Under the pieces are notes generated by a model. It was not told the DNA's origin. It searched no databases and saw only the letters and a program-made list of their open reading frames with translations. Shown here piece by piece: positions 49,101 through 63,400 of a stretch of 64,000 nt of DNA; the first letter of the stretch is position 1; every line of letters begins with the position of its first letter. A program made the position numbers and the translations under genes. The stretch comes from Antedon mediterranea (taxonomy: Eukaryota; Animalia; Echinodermata). The DNA is taken from positions 36,586,437 to 36,650,436 of the forward strand of contig NC_092672.1 of NCBI RefSeq assembly GCF_964355755.1, in the 5' to 3' direction.

Positions 49101-52100
49101 GTAGTGAAGAAAAAAAAAGAAGAGCTTCAACCCATGCGATTGAGGGCGCACCTGCCAACTACATGCAAATTAGCAAAGGCGCCAAGACGCAGACGACAAA
49201 AGAGATATTTGCCTGTTTGTGTGTGTATTCGCTCATATTTCCACGGAGCTGTTAACAAAATCGAACGCAACGTATGCAAATAAAGAAAATATAAGAATCA
49301 AGAAAATATGTAGCTTTAAAATTGAAATAAACTTCTGTCTTGTGGCAAATACCTCTAGTATAGTCTTGTCCTTTTAAAAGTTAGGGAATAGAAAAAAACA
49401 AACTACGCATGCGTCAAACGATTTCTAAACCTGCGAAAAATTGCAATTAAATTAAAACACGATAAATGAACGTGTTTGCCTAGTATTACATAAAATAAAA
49501 ACTTTGTTGAGCAAATTTTCCTCTCATAGAAGTAGACACAAATCCCAGAGGTATTCGCCCCTTCGACCAATTATTTAAACAAATTATTTAAGAACAAAAA
49601 CAACCACAAATAAATATAAATATTTGTATGTTTAATAAGCTAATTAGTATGTGCTTTAAACTGTAACGTATTAATCATCTCATATAAAGGGTATTGCCCG
49701 AAAACTTCTAAAAACCAAAATGATGTTTTCAAAATCGAATGCAAATAAATTAAAACTGAACATATCTATATATTATTCATAAAATACACTAACAACAGTA
49801 ATACGTCATCAAAGATATTTGAAGCTTGGTTCCCACTAGGACGTAACCGCAACAACGCAAGCAAGTTGACCAATGACAACCGACAGTTTGAATAATCCAT
49901 CGCTTGTGATTGGTCAAATCACGTACGTTGCGTTACGTCCTTGCGTTGCGTCTCTAGTGGGAACCAAGCATTAGGCACATATCCATACTTGAATTGATGA
50001 TACTGATGATTGTCGCAATGCATATTAAAATAATTATGTTTAAAAATAAAAATGGTTTAAAATAATGAAGGTAAATATTTTGACGAACCTTGCTGCATAC
50101 ACGATGCAAACGCAAACCACATACTATTCCTAAAGTTGAAGTCGTCAACATCCGGGCTTCTATCATTACTTCGATAACTGCTGTAAGGACTGAGCCTATC
50201 CAAAACGTAAACAAGAATACCAACAACAAACAGCGCAGCCAAAATTGAAAACCAAACCGTCCAAGCGAGAGGATCGAGAAAAGCGAAAACGTTATGTTGC
50301 TCTTGAGGTTTTTTCATTAATATTCCCACGCCGTAGTTCATATATGGCTTGGTAAAATCGATCACTTCCTCTCGATCTGAATTAATAATCATACCGGCCA
50401 ACGCAATGTCTGCCCGCTGTAAAAAAAAAGAATCATATAGATCTAGGCTATGTATGTTAATACTAAACACCAATAAAACTTACGGTAATACTAAAAAAAG
50501 TATGTTTTGTGCCTTCACAAACTCTTCAAAAATGTTATGTATGCAATTAAGAAATGACATTTCATTCCAATTCTCACTCCTGAGGACGATCAAAGCATAT
50601 TGAATGAAACGTCGAGAAACCCAGGGACTTTTCAGAACTAAATATACGTGGTGCAGTTACATAAAATACTGAACCAAGACAGCCTCTTACGTCATAGTAA
50701 ACCTCTCCAATGAGTCCATTCCAGGTCCCATCACCTTCCTTGACACCATATTGTTTGTCTGGCACATCATATATTTGATATTTGAAGTCCAAATCTTCTG
50801 CAATTTTCTTTATCAACTCGATACAAAAACCGGTATGTCTGGGCCCATCGACTGTGTCCTCTTTTACAACAAACGGTGCTTCCTAAATAGATAAGATAAT
50901 ATAAAGATAAATAATAAACAAGTAAAGAAAAGGAAGAAATTATTATAAACCTATATCTAAAAAAGCACATACCAACAGACTATAAAAATTGATGTTTAGA
51001 TAATTTATATTAATAGCTTGCTATTCTTTTAAAAGAGTTATTACAATATTTTGGTTTCTCGTGGTTTAACATCAGTTCAAAATTCGCGCTCTTCTTGCAG
51101 GCATAGGATACGTCAACTTTTCCTAATATAGCGGCCTTTCATTTTTACGACGCGCCACGCGCATAACAGCTAGTTATAGAATATGTACACGTCACGTGAA
51201 GAATGATGACGTACGTCGTGAAAAAAAAATGTCACGTTCAGCTCGTTTCTTGACGACACGCGGGCACTAGTTGTTCCGTCTGTAAACGTTTTATTCGAGC
51301 CTTTGTATGTTTGCAACGTGACCTTTTGACCTACCTCAATTGTAACAATTCGTAGCGTCTTATTAGGTGGAAACGAATTCTTGAAAACAAAAAGTCGTGC
51401 TGTTAGATTGACTCCGTTGACTGGATCCCAAGTCCCAACCTGTAGAAAAACATCATTACGGATGATTTTTAAAATGACTTACTTGCACACCAAAAGAAAA
51501 ACTCCGGAGACGCTCCGGAGTTGACACCCTGGTGTTTTGGTGTGAAAGGGGTATTATAGTACACGGTTAAGAATCATTCAAAGACCTCAATTACCTTTGC
51601 CGACGACAAAATATTTGATGTTCGTTGAATTGTTAGGATTTCCATGGCAACATAATTGTTTTCATCAGATTTTGAGAGATTAATCAATCCCGTGAGACCT
51701 GGTACCGGTTTCATCTTTATCAAAATATAGATAATCAATACTTTGTTAGATCACATGATATAGGCCTATATTATCTGCAATAACTATAGTGGATGTTAGA
51801 TAACATTAAAAGACTGGTGACGTCACAGCAATTTACGGCGACGGCTGTACGGCGAGCGCGCGCGGCGCGATATCGTAAATCTCGCGATTGTTCTGAAGTC
51901 ATATGTACATACCTAATACGTTGTTAAAATATGGTTTTCAAAATTCATTTTGGTTACGACTGCAGAAGCAGCGTTAGAAACGCTTTGTATAACGCATTGG
52001 TACGTTTTTCGTAAATCAGCGTTTCTTGATTTGAATAGATAGTTTAAGACGGTTAGAACATAAACTAATGAATAAGATGATTACATACCGATCGGACAGT

Positions 52101-55100
52101 ACTCATTATCTTCGAACCTGTCTCCCATATGTCCTTTTTTCTTCGTAAACATTTATTTTTCATTGGGTTGTCCCAACTTTCATTGACTTGACGATCCATG
52201 GCGGTTGCTACAAATCGGACTGCATCGTACAAATACGCAGCCGTTACCTACATATACAATTGTTTATTAACAAATCAGGTTTATCGCAAATAGCGTGCGC
52301 GACGCATGGTGGGAAGGATTTAGGGCAAACGTCACGACGCGTACGTACGTGATTTGTTGTTTGTACGTACGCGTCGTGACGTTTGCTCCCAAACCCTTCC
52401 CACCATGCATTGTGCAATGACGTTCTTCTCGAAATCAAGCTATTTGCGATGAACCTATGGTATGATGTTGACGAATAATGTGCAAGTACGTGTGCTTTGT
52501 GATGACTAAAATAGATTAACTAAAATCAATTTGATCACAGAGATATGAAAGTTATTGTAACAGCCCTTTGATCTTATGTCTGGCTGCGACAAACACCAAC
52601 GGTACTGTACTATGTACATATTCTCCGCGGTGTGGTGTCTGTTAACTAAACAATATTGAGGGAGCCAATTGACCAATCGAATCAGTCAAGAAGTTTAGGA
52701 GGCCAGGAAATGATAGTGTCGCAGCCACAGACAACCTCTTGAGCTTCCCTGGTCCGATGAACGCCGAGACCCACTATTTTTGTGTGTGCAAATGTATCCA
52801 ATGTATAGAGTATAATTACGTCAGAGTAGAGCAAATATTTGACCAATTATTTTCGTCTACGCACCTGGATATCTCCAAGAGGGCTTGGCGTGATGACCGT
52901 CTGATTGGTATCGTGGTGGAGGTGTGGATGCAGGCTTCTCCAGGCTTCCACGAACTCTTTCGGTTCAGTCTTGATCAGCATCTCGTGTCGTAACAACGTC
53001 ATAATCCCCGTGTCCGAATAGTTAAAGAAGTTTAACTCATCTCCTGTCTAAATTATAACAAAATAATGAATATCTAACGATCTAATACACAATTTGCACA
53101 TTCTTTTGGTTGTTAAAGGCCAACCCAGACCGCGTCTCGTCGGGAGAAAACATGTTTAAAGTTCTCCCGACGACATAAAAACGACGCTACCTCAAGACGA
53201 CTCGTCTCGTCGGGATTCAACTCAGACAGCACCGACAAGTAAAGACGTTTCGTCGGGCCTCGTCGTATGACGTTGTCTGAGTTGGTCTTAAGCCAACAAA
53301 ACTAAACGAAAATCACCAATATACGCAATTGACGAGTCAAATGTTATCATGCGCGCACGCTGAAAAATGATCTTAATTTACAACTACCGTATAAATGTTT
53401 TCTTGATAACTTACCTCATCATAACTCTCAGTGGGTGCTACTTCTCCTTTCGGGTACTCCTAAAAGAAATTTATATTTCTTTTTATTTTCAAACTATTGT
53501 AAAGATAGTAAAGTAATAGTAAAGATACACTATTTAACCACCAACCTAGATACACGTACACGATATACTGAATTGCGTTTAATGACAATAACTGCAACAA
53601 TTAGTGTATGTTTTAAGGTTAATTATAATTTAAGTCTTTCTTTCAAATATTTGACACTGAAATTATGTCAAAAGTTTAAAATCTACGAATATTTTTGGAT
53701 AACAACTGTTTTAAAACGTGATTAATTATTAACAAACGTGAAAAACAAGTATTGATACGTGGAAACGCGACAATATACGTGACGTCACGTTCTTGCCGAT
53801 ACGTCACAGTTGTTGCTACATGAAGCAACGATTGTTACACAAATGGAGGAACTCATTGCTGCGTTACACGATTGCTGTTTGCGCAAAGAAAGTAGCGTGG
53901 CGTACACTGGTTACCACGCACGTGCAGCTTGCGTGCTACTGTACAGCACCCATTATTTCATCAGAGTGCTAAATGCACATTTTAAAAACTGCCGTTCATT
54001 CGCATGTCATGCTGCATCAGTTGTGCATCGTTCCTACATCATGTAGCAATACAAGTTATTACGTCATTATCATGTATAGTCACGTTTGCGCAAGCGCATT
54101 AATAGTACTAACCATTAACCTGACTATCCATACATATACACAAGAGGGAGATCACAAACAACACTATCACATTTACATGTTTTACATTCTGTATGGTTAA
54201 TGTACTCATAGACGAGCATAATTAGGTCTACGCGCGCGCCATAGTATTTCCGTTAAATAAACAATAACCAATAGAAGCCATTTCATAGTTTCACAACTAC
54301 GCATGCTCGCTTCGCAACTTCAAGGAATAAAGGAGAATGGTAGACTTCCCCCCCCCCCCCCCAAGTCTATAGTTAATTCGAGGCTTTTCGATGTTTGTTT
54401 ACAAGCTCAAATAGTACACGTATGAAACGCCATATGTGCCAAAATATTTATCCTTTAACTAATGTTAAGTCAACGCAGACTAGGGTAATGGGTGTGGTGT
54501 GAAACGTGTGCAATGAAATTGGAAGTGGTAGGATGGTCCCATTCGTAATATATAAGAGTAAAGCAGTACTGTACTTCTGACCAAGTAGGCCTACAGCATG
54601 AGCACATACTATGAAATAGCTTCTATTGCATTGGCAAACACATTACAAAAAAAAGCATTAGGTCTATGTAAAGAATATTGTGTTTTTGCATGGCAAGGAA
54701 ACATGGCGGCCAGTTTATTAAAACTACGTTTAATATCAAACACTGTGATCCAATTATTGTTCTAAAGCAGTCGAATTTGGGTGCAACTAATTAAAAAAAA
54801 ACAAAGTTATTAACATTATATTAATGTTATTGATGTACTGATATGAAGTGCAGCACTAGAGGGCGTGATTAAATGGTATTTAAACAAGCAGTCTTTAGGT
54901 TCATGTCATGCGGTTTGTGACACAAAAGAAACAAAACAGTGAGTATTAAAACCACTTGGAAAATTATACGAATATCTGGTGGAAGAAAAGAATGTTAACA
55001 TCTTTCACGGTTACGGGATGAACAAATAGGAAAAACAAGGTATAGAAATATAGCTCCGTCACCAAGAACCTAACAGAGAATACCAAGTTACTATAATGTT

Positions 55101-58100
55101 TTTAGCGAAATGAATACAATAATAACAAAATAAAAACATAAGTAGTTAAAGAAACAGTAGGTGACAAACCAACCGTTAGAGGGCGCACCTCATCCCGACT
55201 CATCTGTGCGTGAGAATAGAAAGTAAAGATAATGTGTTATGTTAAACTGTGACGTTAAACAATAAAATGCGGAGCTTGCTTTAATCATCAAAATATGTAA
55301 ACTGTAATTATTTAATTAACGTTAGTTTACCCAAGAGGAAAACGAAGCTGCCCTTTGATGATTTGTGTGCCTGAATAACAATAATTGTATTTTGTGCAAA
55401 AGTAAAAACCATGCGATCGCAGTAAAATAGGCCTACAGTTAGTAATAAGACAATCCGTTGCATTGGCGTGTATTTTGCGAATGTAACATTCGCGAGGGCA
55501 CCACCTCATATTTGAGATCTAGTATCGAGTAATGCACGCGTGCCGTGACTCGACAAGACATTGATAAAGGATTGTTCTGCACTGTCTACACTATCAAACT
55601 AGTTTGACAAAAAAGTGTGATGTGCCCAAATATGGTAGTGATATGGCATCATTATGCCCGTATATGGGCACATCACATTTTGTTGTCACATGAAGTGTTA
55701 TAGTGTAGACAGAGCTTTAGTAAAGTATAGGCATATTGTAGTACGTTCATCATACATAATTGAATACAACATAATAAAATATTTGATACAGAATAAGCGT
55801 GCAAAAACACAAAACACCCATGTATTATTATTCAAAGTGTCTAGATACTTATTATGAAAATTCATTATCGTAAAGTCGATGTTGGATTAGCGTAAGAGTT
55901 TACAATAGCCATTTCATTTAACGGTTAGATCGCGAAGGTCTCTTAAACTCGACTTAGGCGTTTATTAATGTCACCTTACGAATGAGTAACGCTATCCTAT
56001 AGCCTATCATGGCTAGAGTGATTCACTCTTCCCTGATTTTATCATAGCTAGAGTGATGATTTTGTTGATTATTATAATAATTTACGAGGTGAACATTTAG
56101 CTTGTTTCTGAGAACAAATCGAAAAGGGCAGTTAAACACCTTTCTTAAGTTAAGTCTCAACTAAGTTAGATTGATTATTAGACGTATAGCGTTAATAATC
56201 GTAATTAACTTGGCAATTTTAAATGAACAAGTGTTCTGTCCATCGGGAACTGGAACACTGGGTAATCAATTGTAGGTAGAAATCCATGATAAAACATACT
56301 CATGTAATTCAACCGGTTCTCGTTACACTTAAAGGATGTTGTATAACCGTAAATATGATGGTATTACTCCTAGGTAATAATCTATAGCGGTAAGCTAGGT
56401 ACTCTCCCCGGTTATTTTATTAATAATGTCGATAGCTAAGTGATATATTCATAATAGCTTGGCTTAGGTGAATCTTACAAAGTGCTTTACTCAATTAACG
56501 TATACTTTAAGTATTATATATAAAAACGTTATAAGATGTTAGGATAGTCACCGTTTCATTATTAAGGAGCGATTGGATATACCGTATGATATATTATATA
56601 AAGTACCAGGACGCTTAAAACATGTTTATGCGATGAACACAATAAAATGGCGGTTTAAAAATATTATTATACACAACGTGGCGAAGCAAAGCATTTTAAA
56701 TGTATTTAAATCATAAAATTTATAATATCTAAAAACTTGAATATACAAAGTTATTTGTGTTTTTTGAAAATTAACTGAAAATGCCTAATTAAAATATCAT
56801 ATATTGTTTATATTTTAGGCAGCTTCGTTAAAACTGGGTGGGGGGATGATAAACGTGGAAAATATCATACCTGCGTTGTTACAATCCACTTGTAATTGCC
56901 GTTGCCGTTGGCCATGCCATGATTAGCTGCCTGTATAAAAAAAAATAACAGTTTGATTTTAATTTGTCGAACTGTTAACGAATTAAGATAAACTAAATAT
57001 CTTGTAATAACTCCCATATCCTTTTTATCCTATAAACGACATAGACTTTTGTTGAAAACAGTAAACGATTATAACGTTTGGATTATTCTTATTAAATGAT
57101 ATTTTAAATTCCGCTGTTATTTATCTATTAAATGAAATTTTAAAAAGCGGCATTTGTCAAGTCGACCACCATTGTACAGTAGGGCATGTCTACTTTCTAA
57201 CATACCACAATCTGTGGATGAAATCGAGGACTTTCGTAAACAATATAACACATCGAATTTTAAATAGGTCCTAAGACTCACCCTTTGTAATAATTTTAAA
57301 CTATTCATAGTGTTACAAAATACAATCATCTTCTTTATGGACGACTTGTTAGCCAGGTCTAAAGATGACACCGTATCGAGTTCACCGGTCTTGTTCTTTT
57401 CCAAACGAAACAAAACTACTTCCAGATAATAATTTTTGTTCGACGCTTCTTGTAACATGTCTTCTACATTCCTAAAAGCTAAAGTTAAAAAAGTAAATAA
57501 TTATAATACGACCATTATTGATAATCACATCATTGTGATTGCGGGGGTTGTGGCAGAGGCCCCTGGTTTATTAGGAAGCCTAAATGACCCTCAGACGTTT
57601 ATAGCCCATTTTGTAAGGCCTGTTTTTCCTTTTGGCATTGCCCAGGGGTCCCTGGGTTTAGCCATTAGCGCTCATAGCCGTTACGTGTGGGTGTCATGTG
57701 TCATGGGGCTGTCCTAGTGTACGGGTACAATGTTTTTCTCTAGGCCCAATATCACAACTTTTTAATATCACAAACTTGTGTAAAAACAATCAAAGTTGAT
57801 TGAACGAGTTGTGCTGTATACACTAGTCTCGTGAATAAATAAGTTGGCCTTAACGAGATTAAATTTAGGAAGCATAGGGCGAGTTAATATTTATTCTGAA
57901 TTTTGGTAATACAATTTTCTATTTAATCTGAATTTTAGGCACGAATGTTTCATTTTAACAGTATTTCTAATGATAAATTGTTTTCTCGCTGCATACAGAT
58001 TATTAACCATGGTTGTGACGTCATCACAATAACTCATGAAAGTCCGACCAACATACGGTAAGATGATTAAAAATGAATAATTGTGAAAACCTTATTTTCT

Positions 58101-58575
58101 TAATATGAAACACATTCAATATAAATAATAACATAAAAATTCATCGTATGTGGAATGATTTCTAAAAAAAAGATTCTATTGAGTAAATGAAAGAATGAAT
58201 AAATGAACGAATGAACGAATGACTAAATGAAGTGACTGTTCTGTTCTGAACTGTTCCATAACAAACAAATAAAATAATTTATCACGAAGTAGTGGAGTAT
58301 GTAGAGACAATTCTTACCAATATCACTGTCGTAAAATATGCATACTTTGATCCATTCCAAACGTTTAATAATTTCAAATAGCATTACGTTTTGATGTTCA
58401 AACGACGGCCGGATGCTGACCGTAAAACTGTTATTTTTTTCTTTTGGACATTTATCTTTAGGTACGGCAAAATGCGGAATGTTGTATTCTTCAGCTATTG
58501 ATTGGATGGCTAGATTTGTTTCACACGTTGCAGACGACACCAGCGCCGTTATGTTTTCTTCTATCCATGAACAAA
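43120..58575 (-). CDS. Ionotropic glutamate receptor subunit, non-NMDA (delta/phi-like); 5' exon(s) not located
   Basis: Exons in transcript order: 58575-58318, 57478-57282, 56930-56871, [55203-55189], [53459-53415], 53047-52865, 52247-52089, 51714-51595, 51439-51335, 50882-50691, 50416-50089, 48364-47875, 47466-47205, 46597-46547, [43571-43502], 43170-43120 (brackets = candidate cassette exons); all GT-AG. Motifs: [84 protein letters not shown]. Confidence 0.92.
43775..44173. mobile_element. Second adjacent B1+B2 MITE pair sharing a central TAA
   Basis: B1 43775-43953, TAA 43954-43956, B2 43957-44173. Confidence 0.85.
46770..47020. repeat. Tandem duplication, about 120-bp unit x2
   Basis: ACTGAATTGTTGTAGTTTGCTCGGGTTTACAAAC.AAAGTTTG.TACAGTGTAGACTTTC occurs twice. 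Confidence 0.85.
47670..47860. mobile_element. Palindromic MITE-like repeat; second copy at about 60800-61000
   Basis: GATTCTCGGTACTGCATCT.TTTCCGAAGTATCATAG...TATGATACTTC.GAAA.AGATAG at both sites. Confidence 0.65.
52278..52456. mobile_element. MITE; second copy at 59141-59317
   Basis: TIR AGGTTTATCGCAAATAGC...GCTATTTGCGAT(G/A)AACCT with an internal palindrome. Confidence 0.8.
53117..53289. mobile_element. Harbinger-like MITE
   Basis: TAA-AGGCCAACCCAGAC...GTCTGAGTTGGTCT-TAA. Confidence 0.6.
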
Positions 58576-60096
58576 CTGTGGAGAAGAAGATGAAATTTGA
58601 CAGAGCATTTTAGAGAAGTTGGTAGCTAAAGGTTGGTTCCCACTAGGACGCAACGCAAGGACGCTTGTGATTGGCCATACGTCGCGTCCTAGTGGGAACC
58701 AAACTTAAGTACTTTATTTGAAAGGAAAGTAATACAAAGATTCAACAAGTTTACATTCATCTTTAACATTAAGTAGTTCAGAATGTAATTAAGATTTGTT
58801 AAAGGTCAGAATTAAAGGGAGCGGATTGAGAACGATACGGCTATTTCTCGAACTCATCTCACGTACAGATACTTAAAACCATATAATCGGTCGAGTAGCA
58901 GGGCGTTTGAGATTTCCCTAGGTACAGACGCGTCGACACTTGATTTATTCAACGCGTTACTTTCGATGTAAATATTCTGCGTCTTGATTCATTTTAGCGT
59001 CCCAGTTTAAAAGTGATTTAAATTGACGTTAAATTCAGACATGTTATCGTTCATTAGCATACGTTGGTATAATATGAAGTTACAGTGAACTATTCAAAGC
59101 CAATGTTAAGCGTTCCTTTCTCTCGATAATGAAATTGATAAGGTTTATATCGCAAATAGCGTGCGCGACGCATGATGGGAATGGTTTTGGAGCAAACGCC
59201 ATGACGCGCACGTACGCGATTTGTACGTAAGTGTCGTGACGTTTTCATCCAAACCTTCCCATCATGCATTGTGCATTGTGCGTTCCTTGCGAAATCAAGC
59301 TATTTGCGATAAACCTTGAAACACACAACTTTTATTAATATTCATGTTAATATTTTAAAATTTATCTCAATATGACAACATTAACCTTTTCTAATAAAAT
59401 GCCTACTAAAAACGGACCAGAAATTAGATGAAGAAACATCAAATTATAGAGCGCAGAATTAAGAAACATACCAAAAATTCATGTAATTAGTGACAAGAAG
59501 ACAGGATCGTTGTACACATTACGATGATTGAGATTTGGTCGGGATAATAATTATACTGACCATAGGTATTTGTACTGTCTTGGAGGGCCAACTGCTAAGA
59601 TCAATTCCTATAGTAAGCTGTGTCATGACCATTCATTGACACACGCACTAGGGGTTCAATACCGGACATAACATGTTGTAAGTGATGCATACGATGTATT
59701 ATGTTACGTCACGGCTGGTCACTTTACGTGGGACCGAGCTTGTTTTTAGGGATTTTTTGTGGCCGGAAAAAAGTAGTAGGCCTGGATAATTTAAAAATAA
59801 AACGATCAAGAACACGAAGAGTCCTTTTATAGGAATGAATTCCCATTACTCTGATGAGATACACAAGAGTACATCAGCGCCATTGTGCCTCCTTTTCTTG
59901 GTGTAAATTAAAACTAAAGATTAAAAATATAAATATATTAAATATTGAAAAAAAAAACACCTATAAAGAAATGCCTAACATAGTAGAACATCTCCTTTGG
60001 AACATCATCACTATTCAAGGGGACACCCTTGTTAATAGGAAACTTAATAACAATTGCCATACATGTTTTAACACACGACCAACTAGCTTCTAATAA

Positions 60097-60432
60097 AGGC
60101 CAATTTACACAGACGAGTGGTAACGGTAATAATATAATCTATGTTATTTCTTATGACCATTTACACACAGCTGGAGACGGACGGGTGGTTTCCGCTCAGA
60201 GTATAGAATCAGGTTCTACGTAAAGCCGATTTTCCACTAGGCGAATTTGTTCGCGCGAATCGAAGGCGTCAGCTAATACGCATGCGTAGAGAAGGATGTG
60301 GAAGATGTAAACATGAATACACATGCGTACAAGCTGGCGCTTTCGATTCGCGCGAACAAATTCGCCTAGTGGAAAATCGGCTTAAGGACAAGCTACGCGT
60401 ACCGTTACCGCTTGTCTGTGTAAATTGGACTT
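60097..60432. mobile_element. Nested Harbinger-like MITEs; inner element 60224-60382
   Basis: Outer TIR GGCCAATTTACACAGAC...GTCTGTGTAAATTGGAC (another end copy near 24299). Inner TIR AGCCGATTTTCCACTAGGCGAATTTGTTCGCGCGAATCGAA is perfect, with TAA on both sides. Confidence 0.85.
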
Positions 60433-63400
60433 AAAGAGGATACTTTGTTGGGTCCCCAAAGTGTCCCCTTAATAAGGGTTCTCTACCGTGTTATCAAATC
60501 AACAATCTGTAGAACTAACTTCAATTTGCCGCCGTCTATTATCTTTAACACAGTTCGAACTTTCTCACATTGCTTGCAGCTCACTTTAAATTGAACGGAC
60601 AGCCCTTATTAGTTTCGTGTCATCCCAAGTTAAAGTTCGTAACATTACAGCGGCCCATGATGTTAGTAATTAAAGAGATGGACAGCACACTATTTTGTTA
60701 ATAAAGTACGGCACGTCAGAGAAGAGATAAAGTATGGAACGCCAAAACTCATGTAATCCGGATCCAATGAAAATTTTTATCAATTATCCAATAACCAGCC
60801 GATTCTCGGTACTGCATCTATTTCCGAAGTATCATAGAACAATTTGGTAATATATCACATGTGTTTCACAAGTATCTGGAGTAACCTAATATTTAACCTA
60901 ACCTTACATGATACTGCACCAAACATGATTCTGTATGATAAAACAAATATTCCTATGATACTTCGGAAATAGATAGATAGTATGTGGAAAAAGCACTGGG
61001 AAACGGGTACAATAACCTGACAAAATATATAGATTGTTTTCTTTTTTCATAATATAACGGTAGACATTGTCCAAGGTTGGTAACAATTTCTACAAATTCT
61101 ATATCAGTGCATTTATACCCAACTTTTGACAACACCGCACAAGATGCGGCTGTCATGTTTCAATAACCCCTTTCGTCAATCTTTGATAAAACGTTGAGTA
61201 TCTAAACTATTTTATCTTATACTTCCAGCAATTTACAATTATGGTCTACGAAAGATATTTGTACATTTAAAAATTGTTTACATTGCAGTGAAGGAAACAT
61301 AAAAGGCATCTTAGAAATACCTAATACCAAAATTGACGCAATAGACAATAAATTCAAATTCCATTACATTTTGCCAAAAGGGCAAAAGGCAATTATGATT
61401 TGAGAAATGTGAATTTATTTATGTCAACATCTGTTTGCAATATAATAAATTTTCCACATAAAGTATTATTTCATGTTGCTAAATATGTCAATACAAAATT
61501 CACCTTCCATTCTCGTTGAACTACATTCTTTGAAATAAAAATTACAAAATGTCACATTCAGCCTAGGATTATCAAATAATATTTATTAAATTCTATTAAA
61601 CCCCATTTGGAATGCTATTGATCCCCATTTGGAATTCTATTAAATTGTAACTAAATATCAAAGTTGATATGTAGAACTGTAGTCGAAAGTTGTTTATGGT
61701 TTGATTATTCGACAATTCTTATTTAGTACAATTTCGTTAGTAGAGAGAAGACATATTATCGACGTATTACCTTTTTTCTGTCTTCGTAAATATTTTTTTT
61801 ACACAAATGTTATATTAAACACCATTAGTGCATGAACTTGAAATGATGTTCCACTCAATTATTTTTTTTTTATGGGAAAAAAAAAATAAAAACTGAACTT
61901 GATAAGATAAACTTATTCATAGAATATTCATAAATCAACTGATTTAATTTTGTTGGTGGGAAACGTAATTTGCTATCGAGTCTAATGTCTCATCAGAGTG
62001 CAACTAATGACTTGAAATGCATTTGTATTTTTAATGTAAAAATGCATCCGTTTTTGTGTGTAATTTTCAAATAAGATAATTTATTATTTGAAAGGACTTA
62101 TATTAAGACACTAAGCTTTTTTATTCATAGTAAAAAAAAATACGACAGTTCGCTGTTTGGTAACATTTCATGGTGGCAACACGCTTTGACCATAAGCTAT
62201 ATACTACCAACTACCAATATAATATCGCATAAATAGAAAGCATGTTTCCACTGGTATAATAACGGAAGGGTCGTCACATGATACCAATTTCGTCCCATAG
62301 ACAAAAGTCACGTGCCCGATAAGAGACTCATCTTTCATACATAACTTATCATAGTATAAGTCACCATTTCCTAACGATGTGATATCCCTATATTATTACC
62401 GTTACGGGACTTGCTTTGCCCGTATGGTTGTGTAGGGCTATGCGGTAAATTGAATCTGTGACACTTTGCAGTTGGTTGAGTAAATTGGACAGAACAGCTG
62501 AGATAACTTCACTAGTAATATTTACATCAAAAAGAAAGGTATGAGATAGGTGAATAGTATTGCAAAAGACGGAGAACTAGAGTTGGTATGTCTTCCGTTA
62601 ACACTTCTAGGCCTACTGTACATACATACACACCTGAATTAACCGGAGGGCTAAATAGTTAAGAAATCATCCTCTTGAACTCGTACGAATGTATCTTAAC
62701 TGATCACGTGTTTAATATGTTTTAACAAGTTCTGTGTACACTATCAAACTAGTGTGACAACAAAGTTGAATGAAACCCAAATAATATGGTAGTGATATGT
62801 CTAAATATGGTAGTGATATGACATCATTATGTCCGTATATGGGCACATCACATTTTTTTTTTGTCACATAAAAGTTTTATAGTGTAGACAGAGCTTTACA
62901 GTGTTCCCCTCTTCCAATATTATAGGCTTATACGTTAAATAAATAAGTTTGAGTCTGATCATTTGGAGATTCCTTTTCACTTACATTTCGAAGATTCTGT
63001 TCCTTATTTTAAATACTATTTCACATTTGTTATTATATAAAGACAACTGAATATTACGCAAGTAAATATAAACAAAATACGGAAGAACATCATGTTAAAT
63101 CGTATGGTAAAACGTCCTTTTCTTTTCTCTCCCTCATACAAGGAAGAGCGACATACATAGCAGCATGAAGTTGAAATCGCTTGACAATTTTGAATCTAAA
63201 ATGTAGGCCTATACAATATTGATTTAAAATTGGCTTACACCATTCGCGTCAGTTTACAAAAAAACATTATATTGCAATTGGATTTTCTCTGGTAATAGAA
63301 TCTTTATATAATATAATTTATGACATTTTTTGTCTATTATGGATTTCACAGTGAAGGTATTAACGCACATTACATCGACAATAATTATATCGCAATAACT

